This document shows, in pieces, positions 20,758 through 29,800 of a stretch of 64,000 bases of DNA; positions within the stretch are counted from its first letter, which is position 1, and each line of letters begins with the position of its first letter. The stretch lies in the IMG/VR virus record IMGVR_UViG_3300042569_000831, positions 2,008-66,007 of that record. One strand, given 5' to 3'. Source of the DNA: a virus. Taxonomy: Duplodnaviria; Caudoviricetes. Made by a program: the position numbers and the translations under genes. Under the pieces are notes generated by a model that was not told the DNA's origin, did no database searches, and saw nothing but the letters and a program-made list of their open reading frames with translations.

Positions 20758-20973
20758 CTAATTTCTACTCCTAACAAAACCTGCTATTATTAGAAATCCT
20801 ATTACCATATTAGTTGTTGGTTTAAGGATTCTACTATTCTCACTATAACATATCAAATTCCCAATTATTAATCCTATTAATAACAAGATTGGGAAGATAT
20901 GTTTCCGCACTGCACCTAACACCGGTTTTGTGCCATTGGCGGTTTCGTTCTTCGATTTAACTTTTGTACTCAT
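20758..20973 (-). CDS. cassette 3 small two-TM membrane protein
   Basis: Two hydrophobic helices; start codon lies inside the attC-3 loop. Confidence 0.55.
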   Translation of the reverse strand: MSTKVKSKNETANGTKPVLGAVRKHIFPILLLIGLIIGNLICYSENSRILKPTTNMVIGFLIIAGFVRSRN

Positions 20974-21048
20974 ATCAAGTTTTGTTTTTCAATTTAAAAT
21001 TTGTGGTTTAAGTCGCCAACGGACACAAAGCCCCGAAACGTTATGCTC
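20912..21048 (+). repeat. attC-like site 3
   Basis: GCACCTAAC-ACCGGTTTTGTGCCATTGGCG...CGCCAACGGACACAAAGCCCCGAAAC-GTTA. Confidence 0.8.
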
Positions 21049-21104
21049 CATTGCTACATTCGTGCTTCGATTGAAGTTTTGTGCTAACATACCGTATTTA
21101 TTTT

Positions 21105-21983
21105 TTATTTTCCTCGCTCTTTTGGATAAGGATAAATTTTATTTCTTTCTTCATATATTTTACGAAGTTGTTTTGTTTCTTTTTTATCTTTCCCTAAAAC
21201 ATAAGCGTATTTGTGTTTTGAAGGCATAGATATTTTTTCGCATACCGTTTGTTTGTATTTTGAATAATCTCTTAGTTGCTTCTCAATTTCTTTCGGCATT
21301 TTATCCCAATTCATGCCAGTAGCGTGTGACCAATCTTTTTGCCACTCAATATTTAATTCCTTTGCAAATTTTCGATAGGCTGTTTTTTGTCTAAAATATC
21401 TATCACTTACCACCTTTCCTGTATATGGGTTAATAAATCGGGTTGTAGTCCCAGCAGTTTGCCCCATATAGTAGAAATTACAAGCCTGATAGATAGTTCC
21501 AAGTTCCTTTGCTGTTGGGTCTGAATATGCAGTAAATAACCTCCATTGAGTATTATCAACCATATGTTTTATACACCACATTAAAAATGAACTTGCTAAA
21601 TTTTTTGGCGACCAAGATATACAAGCACCTCTACTAATCAATCTCTCCAATTCTTTGGTGTTATCTCCAAGTGTTTTTGAAAAAGCATTTGGCATATTAA
21701 ATAAAATTACACCAGCAATAATGCCTTTATGATAACAAGCAAACCAATGTGTTGTATATTGAGATAAATTCCCCAACCATTCGTGTCTTTCAATAAATTG
21801 TTTTAGCCTTTGTTGTTCCTTTTTATCTGTAACATTAACAAACAAAAAATCAGGAACTCTTAACGTATCAACATATTCTTTTGTAAAACCACATTCCGTT
21901 AAATCTCCTTCAAGGTTTTTCACTCTAATATCATACTGCCAACATTGGTCTTTATCGTATGTGTTCAATCTTTCTTGTATCAT
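21105..21983 (-). CDS. second Mom-like (GNAT-fold) DNA-modification protein
   Basis: 'RLISRGAC...AYSDP...GTIYQACNFYYMG' motifs. Confidence 0.7.
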   Translation of the reverse strand: MIQERLNTYDKDQCWQYDIRVKNLEGDLTECGFTKEYVDTLRVPDFLFVNVTDKKEQQRLKQFIERHEWLGNLSQYTTHWFACYHKGIIAGVILFNMPNAFSKTLGDNTKELERLISRGACISWSPKNLASSFLMWCIKHMVDNTQWRLFTAYSDPTAKELGTIYQACNFYYMGQTAGTTTRFINPYTGKVVSDRYFRQKTAYRKFAKELNIEWQKDWSHATGMNWDKMPKEIEKQLRDYSKYKQTVCEKISMPSKHKYAYVLGKDKKETKQLRKIYEERNKIYPYPKERGK

Positions 21984-22077
21984 TTTAATTTTTTAAATTA
22001 ATTTTTGCCAACGCTCATAAAAAATAAATACTACTTATGTGCTTCGATTTAAATTCCTCGTTAATAAACCGCAACGA

Positions 22078-22176
22078 GAGCATAACACGTGCTATAAGCA
22101 AGTTTGCCAATAATATTTGTGCTAATTTGAAACATTCTACAAGGCAAACCTGCTCATAGCACCATACGTTAGTTGC
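22078..22176 (+). repeat. attC-like site 4
   Basis: GAGCATAAC-ACGTGCTATAAGCAAGTTTGCC...GGCAAACCTGCTCATAGCACCATAC-GTTA. Confidence 0.85.
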
Positions 22177-22411
22177 AATTTTTCTTACACCACATTATCT
22201 TGCTACCTCTCCGCAAATGAACTAATCGTAATTCATAACCTTTATTCATCATTTGTTGCATTTCTTCTAATTCTTTAAGTTCTACATCATTGAAAGAGCG
22301 TTCATTTGCTCCATCTTTAATCTTAATGTAATTCTTAGCAAAATCATAAAAACTGCAACTAACATCGTGTATAGCACATTGCTTTTCGTGTTTCAAATTA
22401 TCTTTATTCAT
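22169..22411 (-). CDS. cassette 5 hypothetical protein
   Basis: Starts inside attC-5; its TAA stop overlaps the GTTA of attC-4. Confidence 0.55.
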   Translation of the reverse strand: MNKDNLKHEKQCAIHDVSCSFYDFAKNYIKIKDGANERSFNDVELKELEEMQQMMNKGYELRLVHLRRGSKIMWCKKNCN

Positions 22412-22484
22412 ATTATTAAGTTTTGTGTTTGCATTTGTTTTTTTTAATTAAGTTCCTACTGATAAGCCGCCAAACGTTAATACC
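22355..22484 (+). repeat. degenerate/chimeric attC-like site 5
   Basis: GCAACTAAC left end and AAAC-GTTA right end, but the arms pair poorly; GTTA coincides with the thyX stop codon. Confidence 0.55.
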
Positions 22485-23121
22485 CGAACGCCTTTAACGT
22501 CCACTTAAAGGGATTTCCCTCTATGTTTTTCACAGCTTCTAGCATTTGACTTGCCACCTCCCTAGTCTCTTGCTGCGCATCCGGTTTTAACCTAAGGTTC
22601 CATAAATGAATAAATGCTAGCAAACTTCCCGTCCAAATAAATGTAGTATTAAGATTTAAAGGAAGAATTGTCCTTGCTTGTTCTTTAGATACGCCTAATT
22701 TTAACAACTCTTCGTATGCTTTTTTGCACTGATCAATTACACATCTTTCAATATAAGCGGCTGACAATTGTGATTGTATTAGTCCATCACTCCCCTGCTT
22801 GCTATCTTTAGATTGCTTTCTCCATTCCTTAATAGTAGTGTAACTATCACTAAAGTCTACATACCTACCACTTATACTATTGGCGGATAGTCCAATTTGA
22901 TGTTTAAAAAGCTGTCTTTCTACATAAATAGGACAAGTTATTCTAAACTGTAACTGAGGGTGTCTAAAAGGCGCTGTGTGTTTATGTTCAACTAAATATT
23001 CTATAAGTCTTTCATCCTTTTCATCTAGCATGTCTTTTGACTTGCCGAATGACACACGAGCCGAATTTACCGCCATTAAATCATCTCCAAAATGCGAAAG
23101 CAATTCTACTTTATTTTCCAT
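22477..23121 (-). CDS. thyX: flavin-dependent thymidylate synthase
   Basis: 'HTAPF', 'RQLFKHQIGLSANSISGRY', 'EQARTILP', 'LRL...AQQE' ThyX motifs. Confidence 0.95.
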   Translation of the reverse strand: MENKVELLSHFGDDLMAVNSARVSFGKSKDMLDEKDERLIEYLVEHKHTAPFRHPQLQFRITCPIYVERQLFKHQIGLSANSISGRYVDFSDSYTTIKEWRKQSKDSKQGSDGLIQSQLSAAYIERCVIDQCKKAYEELLKLGVSKEQARTILPLNLNTTFIWTGSLLAFIHLWNLRLKPDAQQETREVASQMLEAVKNIEGNPFKWTLKAFGY

Positions 23122-23338
23122 TCTCTAATAATTGTATTTTTCTGTTAAGATAAAATGATGCCTTCTTTAAATCTTCAATCTCCGTTTCTACGCTTTTCTT
23201 CCCGGCTCTAGCTATGTACTTCGCTACATTAAATAAATAGGCGTCCATGTGCAAGCCCCATGCTTCGCACACATTAATTACTTCATACGTTCCTTCACCC
23301 CCATAATGGGATGGGTGATCTACTAAATTATTTGGCAT
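23111..23338 (-). CDS. DUF3310-family protein
   Basis: 'VDHPSHY...NVAKYIARAGKK...EDLKKA.FYL'. Confidence 0.85.
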   Translation of the reverse strand: MPNNLVDHPSHYGGEGTYEVINVCEAWGLHMDAYLFNVAKYIARAGKKSVETEIEDLKKASFYLNRKIQLLENGK

Positions 23339-23389
23339 TATTTATTGTTTTAGTTATTGTTTTTTTCTCTAAATTCAATCCTAGAATCG

Positions 23390-23584
23390 TTAATATGCAA
23401 TAATATTATTAACAATTCGGTTAGCTTCCGAATAGCTTAGTTTAATATTACTGTCCTTAGCTCGTTGGATAGTAATATTATTACCATCGTCAACAGCTTT
23501 CATTACTATTTTGCCCCTGTACTCTTTATTCCAATGTTTAGAATATTTTACACAATTATTATCTATGTCGTACTCATTAGACAT
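23390..23584 (-). CDS. hypothetical protein
   Basis: ORF in operon. Confidence 0.45.
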   Translation of the reverse strand: MSNEYDIDNNCVKYSKHWNKEYRGKIVMKAVDDGNNITIQRAKDSNIKLSYSEANRIVNNIIAY

Positions 23585-23613
23585 TAAATTAGGCTATGCT
23601 TCTATGTGAACCC

Positions 23614-23862
23614 TTACCATATTTTTAGTATTTTATCTCCTTTAGTTAATATTCTTATTTCAAAGTGGTTGTCATAAAAGGATACAATATCGCTAACTAA
23701 ATTGTTTATATTACTAAAATTAATCATTAAGTACTGATTGATTGAGTGTATAAACCCATTGAAATCTAAGACACGCTTTGGATTAGTATCCAAGTACACA
23801 TCGTACATGAATTGATAAGTCATATTTGACCTATTAGCTAGATAGTATTCCTTTGTTATCAT
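23614..23862 (-). CDS. hypothetical protein
   Basis: ORF in operon. Confidence 0.55.
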   Translation of the reverse strand: MITKEYYLANRSNMTYQFMYDVYLDTNPKRVLDFNGFIHSINQYLMINFSNINNLVSDIVSFYDNHFEIRILTKGDKILKIW

Positions 23863-23863
23863 T

Positions 23864-24397
23864 TTAAAAGTTTTTAAACATCATTGATTCGACCGGTAGG
23901 CTTGATTGATGATTGTACTTTGCTGATTTTTTTGTATCATAAGGATTAATTACATTTCCCTTTATAGCATGATATACTAATTGGCCTATTGGCATGTTTG
24001 CATATATTCTAACAGGCTTTACGGCGGTAATTTCTAGCGTCCAATACCCTTTAAAATTTACGTCACCTAGCCCTGCTGTTATATGGATAGAAATACCTAA
24101 CCTGCCGGTGCTTGACTTGCCTTCTAATATTGGAACATGGCGGTAAGTTTCTGTGTACTCGATAGTAGAACCTAGATAAAGCACGTTTGGCTGTAATACA
24201 AATCCTTCTTTCGGTATGTTAAAACAATTAATCTTATTGTGCTTCTTAGCGTCTAATACTTCTGAGTCGTAAACAGCTAGTGTCTTGCCCAAGTGAACAT
24301 CGTAACTATTGCTACCTAAATGTTCTATGTTAAATGGGAATATCGCAATATTACCATCTTCCATTTGATTTAATATTTCACTGTCTGATAGTATCAT
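23864..24397 (-). CDS. dcd: dCTP deaminase
   Basis: 'MILSD.EI', 'SYDVHL', 'EGKSSTGRLG', 'GYWTLEI', 'PIGQL' trimeric dUTPase-fold Dcd motifs. Confidence 0.9.
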   Translation of the reverse strand: MILSDSEILNQMEDGNIAIFPFNIEHLGSNSYDVHLGKTLAVYDSEVLDAKKHNKINCFNIPKEGFVLQPNVLYLGSTIEYTETYRHVPILEGKSSTGRLGISIHITAGLGDVNFKGYWTLEITAVKPVRIYANMPIGQLVYHAIKGNVINPYDTKKSAKYNHQSSLPVESMMFKNF

Positions 24398-24407
24398 AAA
24401 TTTAGTT

Positions 24408-24436
24408 TAAAAGCCCCCGAACTCTCAGGGGCTTTA
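24408..24436 (-). terminator. intrinsic terminator-like hairpin
   Basis: AAAGCCCC...GGGGCTTT stem with flanking A/T runs. Confidence 0.6.
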
Positions 24437-24441
24437 TTGAT

Positions 24442-24681
24442 TTAAAATGGTAATCCGTCATTGCTCTGCTTGTCTTCTGCTTTTTTTTCAGTAGGAACCC
24501 AAGTATTTAACTCTAGGTACGGTCTACCATCCTTAGAACTTTTAAGTACAAAGTTTTTCCAACCATCGAACTTAACGCCAATCTTTTCCCAATCCTGAGG
24601 ACCAAAAGAGATGGCTGTTTCAACTTGTCCAAACTTGTTTTCCTTTTGGGATACTTTCCCAACATAGATTTTTTCGCTCAT
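24442..24681 (-). CDS. small SSB-like protein
   Basis: Acidic C-terminal tail ending DGLPF. Confidence 0.55.
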   Translation of the reverse strand: MSEKIYVGKVSQKENKFGQVETAISFGPQDWEKIGVKFDGWKNFVLKSSKDGRPYLELNTWVPTEKKAEDKQSNDGLPF

Positions 24682-24829
24682 GTTTATTAAAATTTAAAAG
24701 TTAATTCAAACGCAAAATTTAAGAACCCTACCGCTAACGCAACTTCCTTTCGATAACTATCATAAATCAGTGCAACTGCCGGAAATAATAAATAGATAAA
24801 CTCTTCCTTTTCTACATTAAAAGTTGTTT

Positions 24830-25165
24830 TCATATAATTTTATTTAATTTAAGCATGTCAATTAATTCTTTGAAACTATCTAAGCTCATTGCTACGATGG
24901 TTCCTTGTCTTGTTTTTTTGTGGAACACTAGATTGTAATTAGAGTCTTTAGGCATACTGTCTAGTACTTTATGAATACTACCAAGATTCTCTACCGCCTT
25001 TAATTGGCAGTTAAATGGATTGGTATTGGTTAAGTCTACCTTAAGATCGTCTAGCATCTTTGATTCGTACCGAGAGGTTTTACAATTCTCGAACCCCCGA
25101 TCTCGCCACCATTTAGCTATCTCCCTTTCGTATGTATGCCCTTTGGCTCTAGCGTTAATCTTCAT
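24830..25165 (-). CDS. Holliday junction resolvase (PD-(D/E)XK, Hjc-like)
   Basis: 'RAKGHTYERE...VDL...CQLK'. Confidence 0.75.
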   Translation of the reverse strand: MKINARAKGHTYEREIAKWWRDRGFENCKTSRYESKMLDDLKVDLTNTNPFNCQLKAVENLGSIHKVLDSMPKDSNYNLVFHKKTRQGTIVAMSLDSFKELIDMLKLNKII

Positions 25166-25358
25166 AGTGTATTTTTGTTTGTGTGTACATTGGCGGTAAA
25201 GTGTAAAACCTATTGGATTTTTTTACTACACCTTCCTCTACCATGTTATTTAATTCGATTGATACGTCCGCAAAACTAGAAGAGAGTAGACTGAATATCC
25301 CTACTATGCTTACTGACGGGTGGTTTGCTATCGCTCTTTTTATCTGTTCTCTTAACAT
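25155..25358 (-). CDS. small hypothetical protein
   Basis: Coupled ORF. Confidence 0.45.
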   Translation of the reverse strand: MLREQIKRAIANHPSVSIVGIFSLLSSSFADVSIELNNMVEEGVVKKSNRFYTLPPMYTQTKIHYED

Positions 25359-25582
25359 AAATTCTTTTTGCTGTTAAAAAATCTTCTATTGTTGACCATT
25401 CAACTTCGTTATGGAAAGTGCTAAGATAGAAAATATTTTTATTAATTGGGTCAACTAAATAAAATTTATTTTCATTTGGCACAACTTCTTCCGGCTCAGC
25501 TAGCCTTAACATATCAATCCCCTTTTCTAATATCACCCACTCCCTGATTTTACCTCCGTTATTAGCGCTCTTCCATGAATCT

Positions 25583-27304
25583 TTATAGATTACCTGCTGC
25601 AAGGAATCGTGTATAATCGGTTGGTTGGTTTTTAAATTTCGTTTTATCGAGGACATTTAAGTTACTTGTTGGTGTGTAAATAGAATTTGATATGTTAAAA
25701 ACAAAGCTGTCGGTGCCTAGCTGACCTGAGAATTTAAACCTTACTTTCCAAAAGTGAATCTCGGTTGTGTTCTCACGCCTGTAAACTGTGATGCCATTAT
25801 CGGGGGCGTTGTAATAGTGGGAAGAGTCGCCAACATCATAGCCGGTAGGGATTTCGTAAACGCCATTTGCCTTGCTCATTTTTTTAGGGTGAGCCACTAG
25901 CCAAACGTGTACATCGTGCTTTCTTGCAAACTTCCTTAGGTCTCTCATCATATCACCTATGGCGTTATGCCTTTTATCCCCCGAACTGACAATTCCACGC
26001 TCAACAGAAGACATGTTGTCTATAACGATACCCCTTATTCCGGTGCGCTTAATCATCTCTTCGGCCTTGGCCATGATGGACTCTATTGTGCTATCATTCT
26101 CGTCAAGTTCGTAATACTTAAAGTGGTCGTTGATAAATAAAGTCTCCATTTCTACCTCCGACTTTGTGATTCTCTGACAGTTCGGGGAAAAGAAAAAACT
26201 CTTACCGGTCTTAATAGAAATCAAATCAGTAATAGCCATCTTTGCGCTTGCCTCCTCAGCAGAGTACAACATAAACGACCATCCATGACGGTTAGCTAAA
26301 TTCATCAAGACATTCTTTAGCCAAGTAGTTTTACCATGACCCGGTATCCCGGTAATCAAAGTAACCATTCCGGGGTGCCAAACGAAGTGGTCGTCCATAT
26401 TTGCCCATCCGGTATCGTACCCCTTAGGATAACCCTCTTCCCACAGTAAGGCCATATCAGCCCCATTAACGACCTCAATACCGTCAATAGGGAAATACTC
26501 GGCATTTAAAATACAAGCCTCTAATGCCTCCTTTCCGTGCGATTTCAGCGTATCGTTAGCGTCCTTTTCAGGGAAGACAACTACCTTACAGTTTTGTTTA
26601 CCTAGTCTTCTAGCTAACTCATCCCTAAGGTTTCTGCCGGCCTCATCCATATCAACTGCCAAGTAAATAGTTTTGCCTTCCAAATACGGGAGCATTTCTT
26701 CCAACCACTCTAGCTTCTGATTACCCTTAGATGCGCCATTTGGAACGCTTACCGCATTCTTAATACCCGCTTCGTAAAACGCCATAACATCACACTCGCC
26801 TTCACAAATAACCAATGAGTCAGAACTGTTATCCAATGCAACATCAAGTCCATACAAGCACAACTGAGCGCCGCTAACAAGCTTAAAGTTCTTGTCACGA
26901 TCCCTAAATTTAACATTGACTAATTCGTTATTGATGAAGTAATTAAAGTGTATGGCGTTTCTATTCTCTCCGGCTTGTGGCATGAATACAGATCCTTCTG
27001 ATACTTGGTATCTAAGAAGAGTTTGATTAGTTATCCCCCGAGCTGCGAACCAATCTATTACAGGCTGAGAAAGCCTTTTAAGTTCAGTTGTGTTAGGGCG
27101 AGTGTATTCCTTTTTAGAAAAGTTACTTACCCCTCCTTTGAAGTCGCAATGATGGCACCTATAAAGACCCTTCTCTACGTTAACCGATAAAGATAAATCG
27201 CTTTTGTTTTTTCGATCAGGGCTGCACTTCGGGCATTTAACCTTAACGTCTCCTCTTGATCCTAGTTTAACATCTATCCCTAGATTACGTAGTTTATTGA
27301 TCAT
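25583..27304 (-). CDS. T7 gp4/Twinkle-like primase-helicase
   Basis: Zn finger (CPKC...CHHC), TOPRIM (CEGECD, DMDEAG, KDAND), Walker A GIPGHGKT, 'LVAHP'. Confidence 0.95.
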   Translation of the reverse strand: MINKLRNLGIDVKLGSRGDVKVKCPKCSPDRKNKSDLSLSVNVEKGLYRCHHCDFKGGVSNFSKKEYTRPNTTELKRLSQPVIDWFAARGITNQTLLRYQVSEGSVFMPQAGENRNAIHFNYFINNELVNVKFRDRDKNFKLVSGAQLCLYGLDVALDNSSDSLVICEGECDVMAFYEAGIKNAVSVPNGASKGNQKLEWLEEMLPYLEGKTIYLAVDMDEAGRNLRDELARRLGKQNCKVVVFPEKDANDTLKSHGKEALEACILNAEYFPIDGIEVVNGADMALLWEEGYPKGYDTGWANMDDHFVWHPGMVTLITGIPGHGKTTWLKNVLMNLANRHGWSFMLYSAEEASAKMAITDLISIKTGKSFFFSPNCQRITKSEVEMETLFINDHFKYYELDENDSTIESIMAKAEEMIKRTGIRGIVIDNMSSVERGIVSSGDKRHNAIGDMMRDLRKFARKHDVHVWLVAHPKKMSKANGVYEIPTGYDVGDSSHYYNAPDNGITVYRRENTTEIHFWKVRFKFSGQLGTDSFVFNISNSIYTPTSNLNVLDKTKFKNQPTDYTRFLAAGNL

Positions 27305-27445
27305 TTGTATAGTTTTTTGTATAGCAACCTTAACTCTTCATTCTTTGCAGCTATATCTTTTTTCAGATACTTTGCTTGCCGGTGTAGCTCATTGAAATTG
27401 TCAATCATTTTGACTAACTTATCTTCCAACTGCTCTACTTTTAAT

Positions 27446-27871
27446 TTAATGTTGTCCGCCATTTTGTTTTGATTTTAATATCCAATACTCATTGGCGTCC
27501 TCCCAATAAGTCATAAATTTATTTTTACTTCCGAACAAAGTAGCCGGCCTAAGGTATTGCCTCATCTCCGGATCGTTACCCCACTTTTCTTTTTTATGAA
27601 GAATAACGCTTTCAAAGTGAGCAAATGTAACCTTAGGAATTTGTCTTATTACTGCCTTTATTTTTTCAGTATTAGAATAATTTGTTTCGCAAGTTTCATT
27701 AAAAAAATCTAGTACTTTCTTAGCTAAGCCCTTGTCATCAAACGATTCAATTTCTTTTTTCATTTGAATCCAATGCATATCGTCATCGGCATTAAATATT
27801 ATTAATAAATTGATAGCGGCAAGAGCATCGGCCTTTGTACTGAATAGGTTAATTATCTTCTGAGTATTCAT
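27446..27871 (-). CDS. replication initiator-type protein (conserved phage C-terminal domain)
   Basis: 'W...EMRQYLRPATLFG.KF..Y' motif. Confidence 0.75.
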   Translation of the reverse strand: MNTQKIINLFSTKADALAAINLLIIFNADDDMHWIQMKKEIESFDDKGLAKKVLDFFNETCETNYSNTEKIKAVIRQIPKVTFAHFESVILHKKEKWGNDPEMRQYLRPATLFGSKNKFMTYWEDANEYWILKSKQNGGQH

Positions 27872-28055
27872 TCATTACGCTTTTAATTGTATCAATACTC
27901 CATCCCGCTAGAACCAATAAGTTAGCTATTGCCTCTATTGCATCAGGAAGGCTTGTCTCATCAATCACGTCCTTGTTCATAAATGGAAGGCCATTTGCCC
28001 CCCATTCATTCTCATAGGTGTATTTATTCTTGTAATGCTCGATAGTTATTTTCAT
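27849..28055 (-). CDS. hypothetical protein
   Basis: Coupled ORF. Confidence 0.5.
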   Translation of the reverse strand: MKITIEHYKNKYTYENEWGANGLPFMNKDVIDETSLPDAIEAIANLLVLAGWSIDTIKSVMNEYSEDN

Positions 28056-28345
28056 ATCTCCCTGATTGATTGTAAATTAATTTTATGAAAAAACAGTTCG
28101 GGGGACTTACGGTTATTCTCAGAACTTATCTTAACAGTAAACTTGCATACTGAACCGACCTCCGGTAACTCTAAATCGTACCAATCAGTAACAGCTAACC
28201 TATTCTTACCAATTAATAACGGCTCTTGGTTATTGTCTGACAACAGAAACAAGATAGTCCGGTACGTATAGTCTGTATTATTTTTATTAAAAACAATGGG
28301 GTCTGATACGCTGATAATCCTTCCGTGAAACGTTATGTTACTCAT
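28052..28345 (-). CDS. OB-fold ssDNA-binding protein (DUF3127-like)
   Basis: Beta-rich 'ITFHGRII...VGSVCKFTVKISS' pattern; located in the recombination operon. Confidence 0.5.
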   Translation of the reverse strand: MSNITFHGRIISVSDPIVFNKNNTDYTYRTILFLLSDNNQEPLLIGKNRLAVTDWYDLELPEVGSVCKFTVKISSENNRKSPELFFHKINLQSIREI

Positions 28346-28730
28346 GTGTTATGTATTTTTCTAGTTTTAAGTAGGGTTCGGTATTGTAATTAAGTTTAAT
28401 GTAATTTAATACTAAGCTTGTTTTGTAGTAAAACTTCTTGATATTGTCTTCTTCAAGGTTTATGTAACCTCTATTTACTCTTCTCTGAGCTTCCTTAAAT
28501 GAAGCCTTAAACTCGCTTAACTTGTTTCGGTATGAGTCGTAGCCCATATCTAAGAAGTTTGTAATGTCTCCGGATTTAAACCCGTACATGTCAGCCACAC
28601 CAACAAAAATCATTCTAGCTAAATCCTTGGTTCCTTCCTGATCCTGATTCAATTGAAGGGGCTTTAACGCCGATCTGTCAAAGATAAACTGTGGTCTCAT
28701 TGCTCTTTCGATGTCTCTAAGTTTTGTCAT
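28338..28730 (-). CDS. hypothetical DNA-binding protein
   Basis: ATG follows the exonuclease stop; HTH-like middle segment. Confidence 0.5.
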   Translation of the reverse strand: MTKLRDIERAMRPQFIFDRSALKPLQLNQDQEGTKDLARMIFVGVADMYGFKSGDITNFLDMGYDSYRNKLSEFKASFKEAQRRVNRGYINLEEDNIKKFYYKTSLVLNYIKLNYNTEPYLKLEKYITHE

Positions 28731-28732
28731 GT

Positions 28733-29734
28733 TTATTGTTTTAATTTTACTAAAAAGGATTTTCTCCAAGTTATTTTTCCGGATGGCAAGGTCATACTAG
28801 TAGCGCCTTGCTTTTCCATGTGTTGTTTTAATTTGTTTTGTAATAGTTGTTTATTTTCTTCTAAGGATTTTATCTCACTACTTACAGTGACATACTCCAA
28901 AGCTAAGTTATTTTCAGCTTCTTCGCCAATTATATTTATTTCTTCTTCCCTTTGCTTGTGCTTCTCAGATATGAATCTATTGAAATCATCAGAGGCGTCC
29001 GCATCAGGCTCGTATTGGCTAGCTATTTGCCATAACATATCCTTATCAGTTATGCCGGCAGTGGCTTCTCTAAAAGCTAATACCCTAGACTGAAACTCAT
29101 TGGCCGATTCTAATATTGCATTCTGAATAATTGGGTCAGCTTCGTAAACCACTCTTCCCAACTCCCTGCCATCCTTAAGATAACAAATGCACGCCCACTT
29201 AAATCCGGTAACTAGCATGTAATGGTTAATCTGACAAACGTATGATGGGGGAATACCGCCAACGTAACTATCGGAGGCGTAACCTGATATAGTTTTGATT
29301 TCTAATATACCATGTTCGCTTTTCTTGCCATCAAACTTTGTTATAATCCCATCAATATTTGCAGCAAGAGCCGGATACTTAGGATTTACAATTATTTTCT
29401 TGTACTTTCTGTACTTGTTTACTTTATTATTTGCTAAGGTATTGGCAATCCATCCTTCGTCAGTGCCGTCATAGTACTGCCAACACTTTGCAACGTAATC
29501 TTCCAACTGCTTACCGTGAAGTAAGGCGTTGTTCATTACACTAGGTAGTGGGACTAATCCAATGGCGTTATAAAATAAACTTATAGGCGATTTGTATTTG
29601 CTGAGCCCTAATAAGACTGCGCAATCCGATCCGCCTATACAACCCTTTAATGAGAACTGAGACCTAGCAAACTGCCATTCTTCTTCGCTCATTTTAGAGG
29701 CATCAATCAAGGTAAAGTTTTTAAATGCTTTCAT
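28733..29734 (-). CDS. YqaJ/lambda-type exonuclease
   Basis: 'IGGSD', 'G..LE', 'ANIDG', 'LEIKT', 'Y.CQ..HYM'. Confidence 0.92.
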   Translation of the reverse strand: MKAFKNFTLIDASKMSEEEWQFARSQFSLKGCIGGSDCAVLLGLSKYKSPISLFYNAIGLVPLPSVMNNALLHGKQLEDYVAKCWQYYDGTDEGWIANTLANNKVNKYRKYKKIIVNPKYPALAANIDGIITKFDGKKSEHGILEIKTISGYASDSYVGGIPPSYVCQINHYMLVTGFKWACICYLKDGRELGRVVYEADPIIQNAILESANEFQSRVLAFREATAGITDKDMLWQIASQYEPDADASDDFNRFISEKHKQREEEINIIGEEAENNLALEYVTVSSEIKSLEENKQLLQNKLKQHMEKQGATSMTLPSGKITWRKSFLVKLKQ

Positions 29735-29746
29735 ATTTTTTAAATT

Positions 29747-29776
29747 AAAAAAGGCAGGCCGTAGAAACAGCCCGCC
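29747..29776 (-). terminator. intrinsic terminator-like hairpin
   Basis: GGCGGGC...GCCTGCC followed by a T-run on the - strand. Confidence 0.5.
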
Positions 29777-29800
29777 GTAGTGCTTAAACGATGGAAATAT

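Larger units (their letters stand above)
19278..22484 (+). mobile_element. integron-cassette-like array (attI-like site plus 5 attC-like sites, 5 cassettes)
   Basis: Imperfect inverted repeats bounded by TAAC...GTTA; each cassette's left end is the reverse complement of the start of its own attC. Confidence 0.8.
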
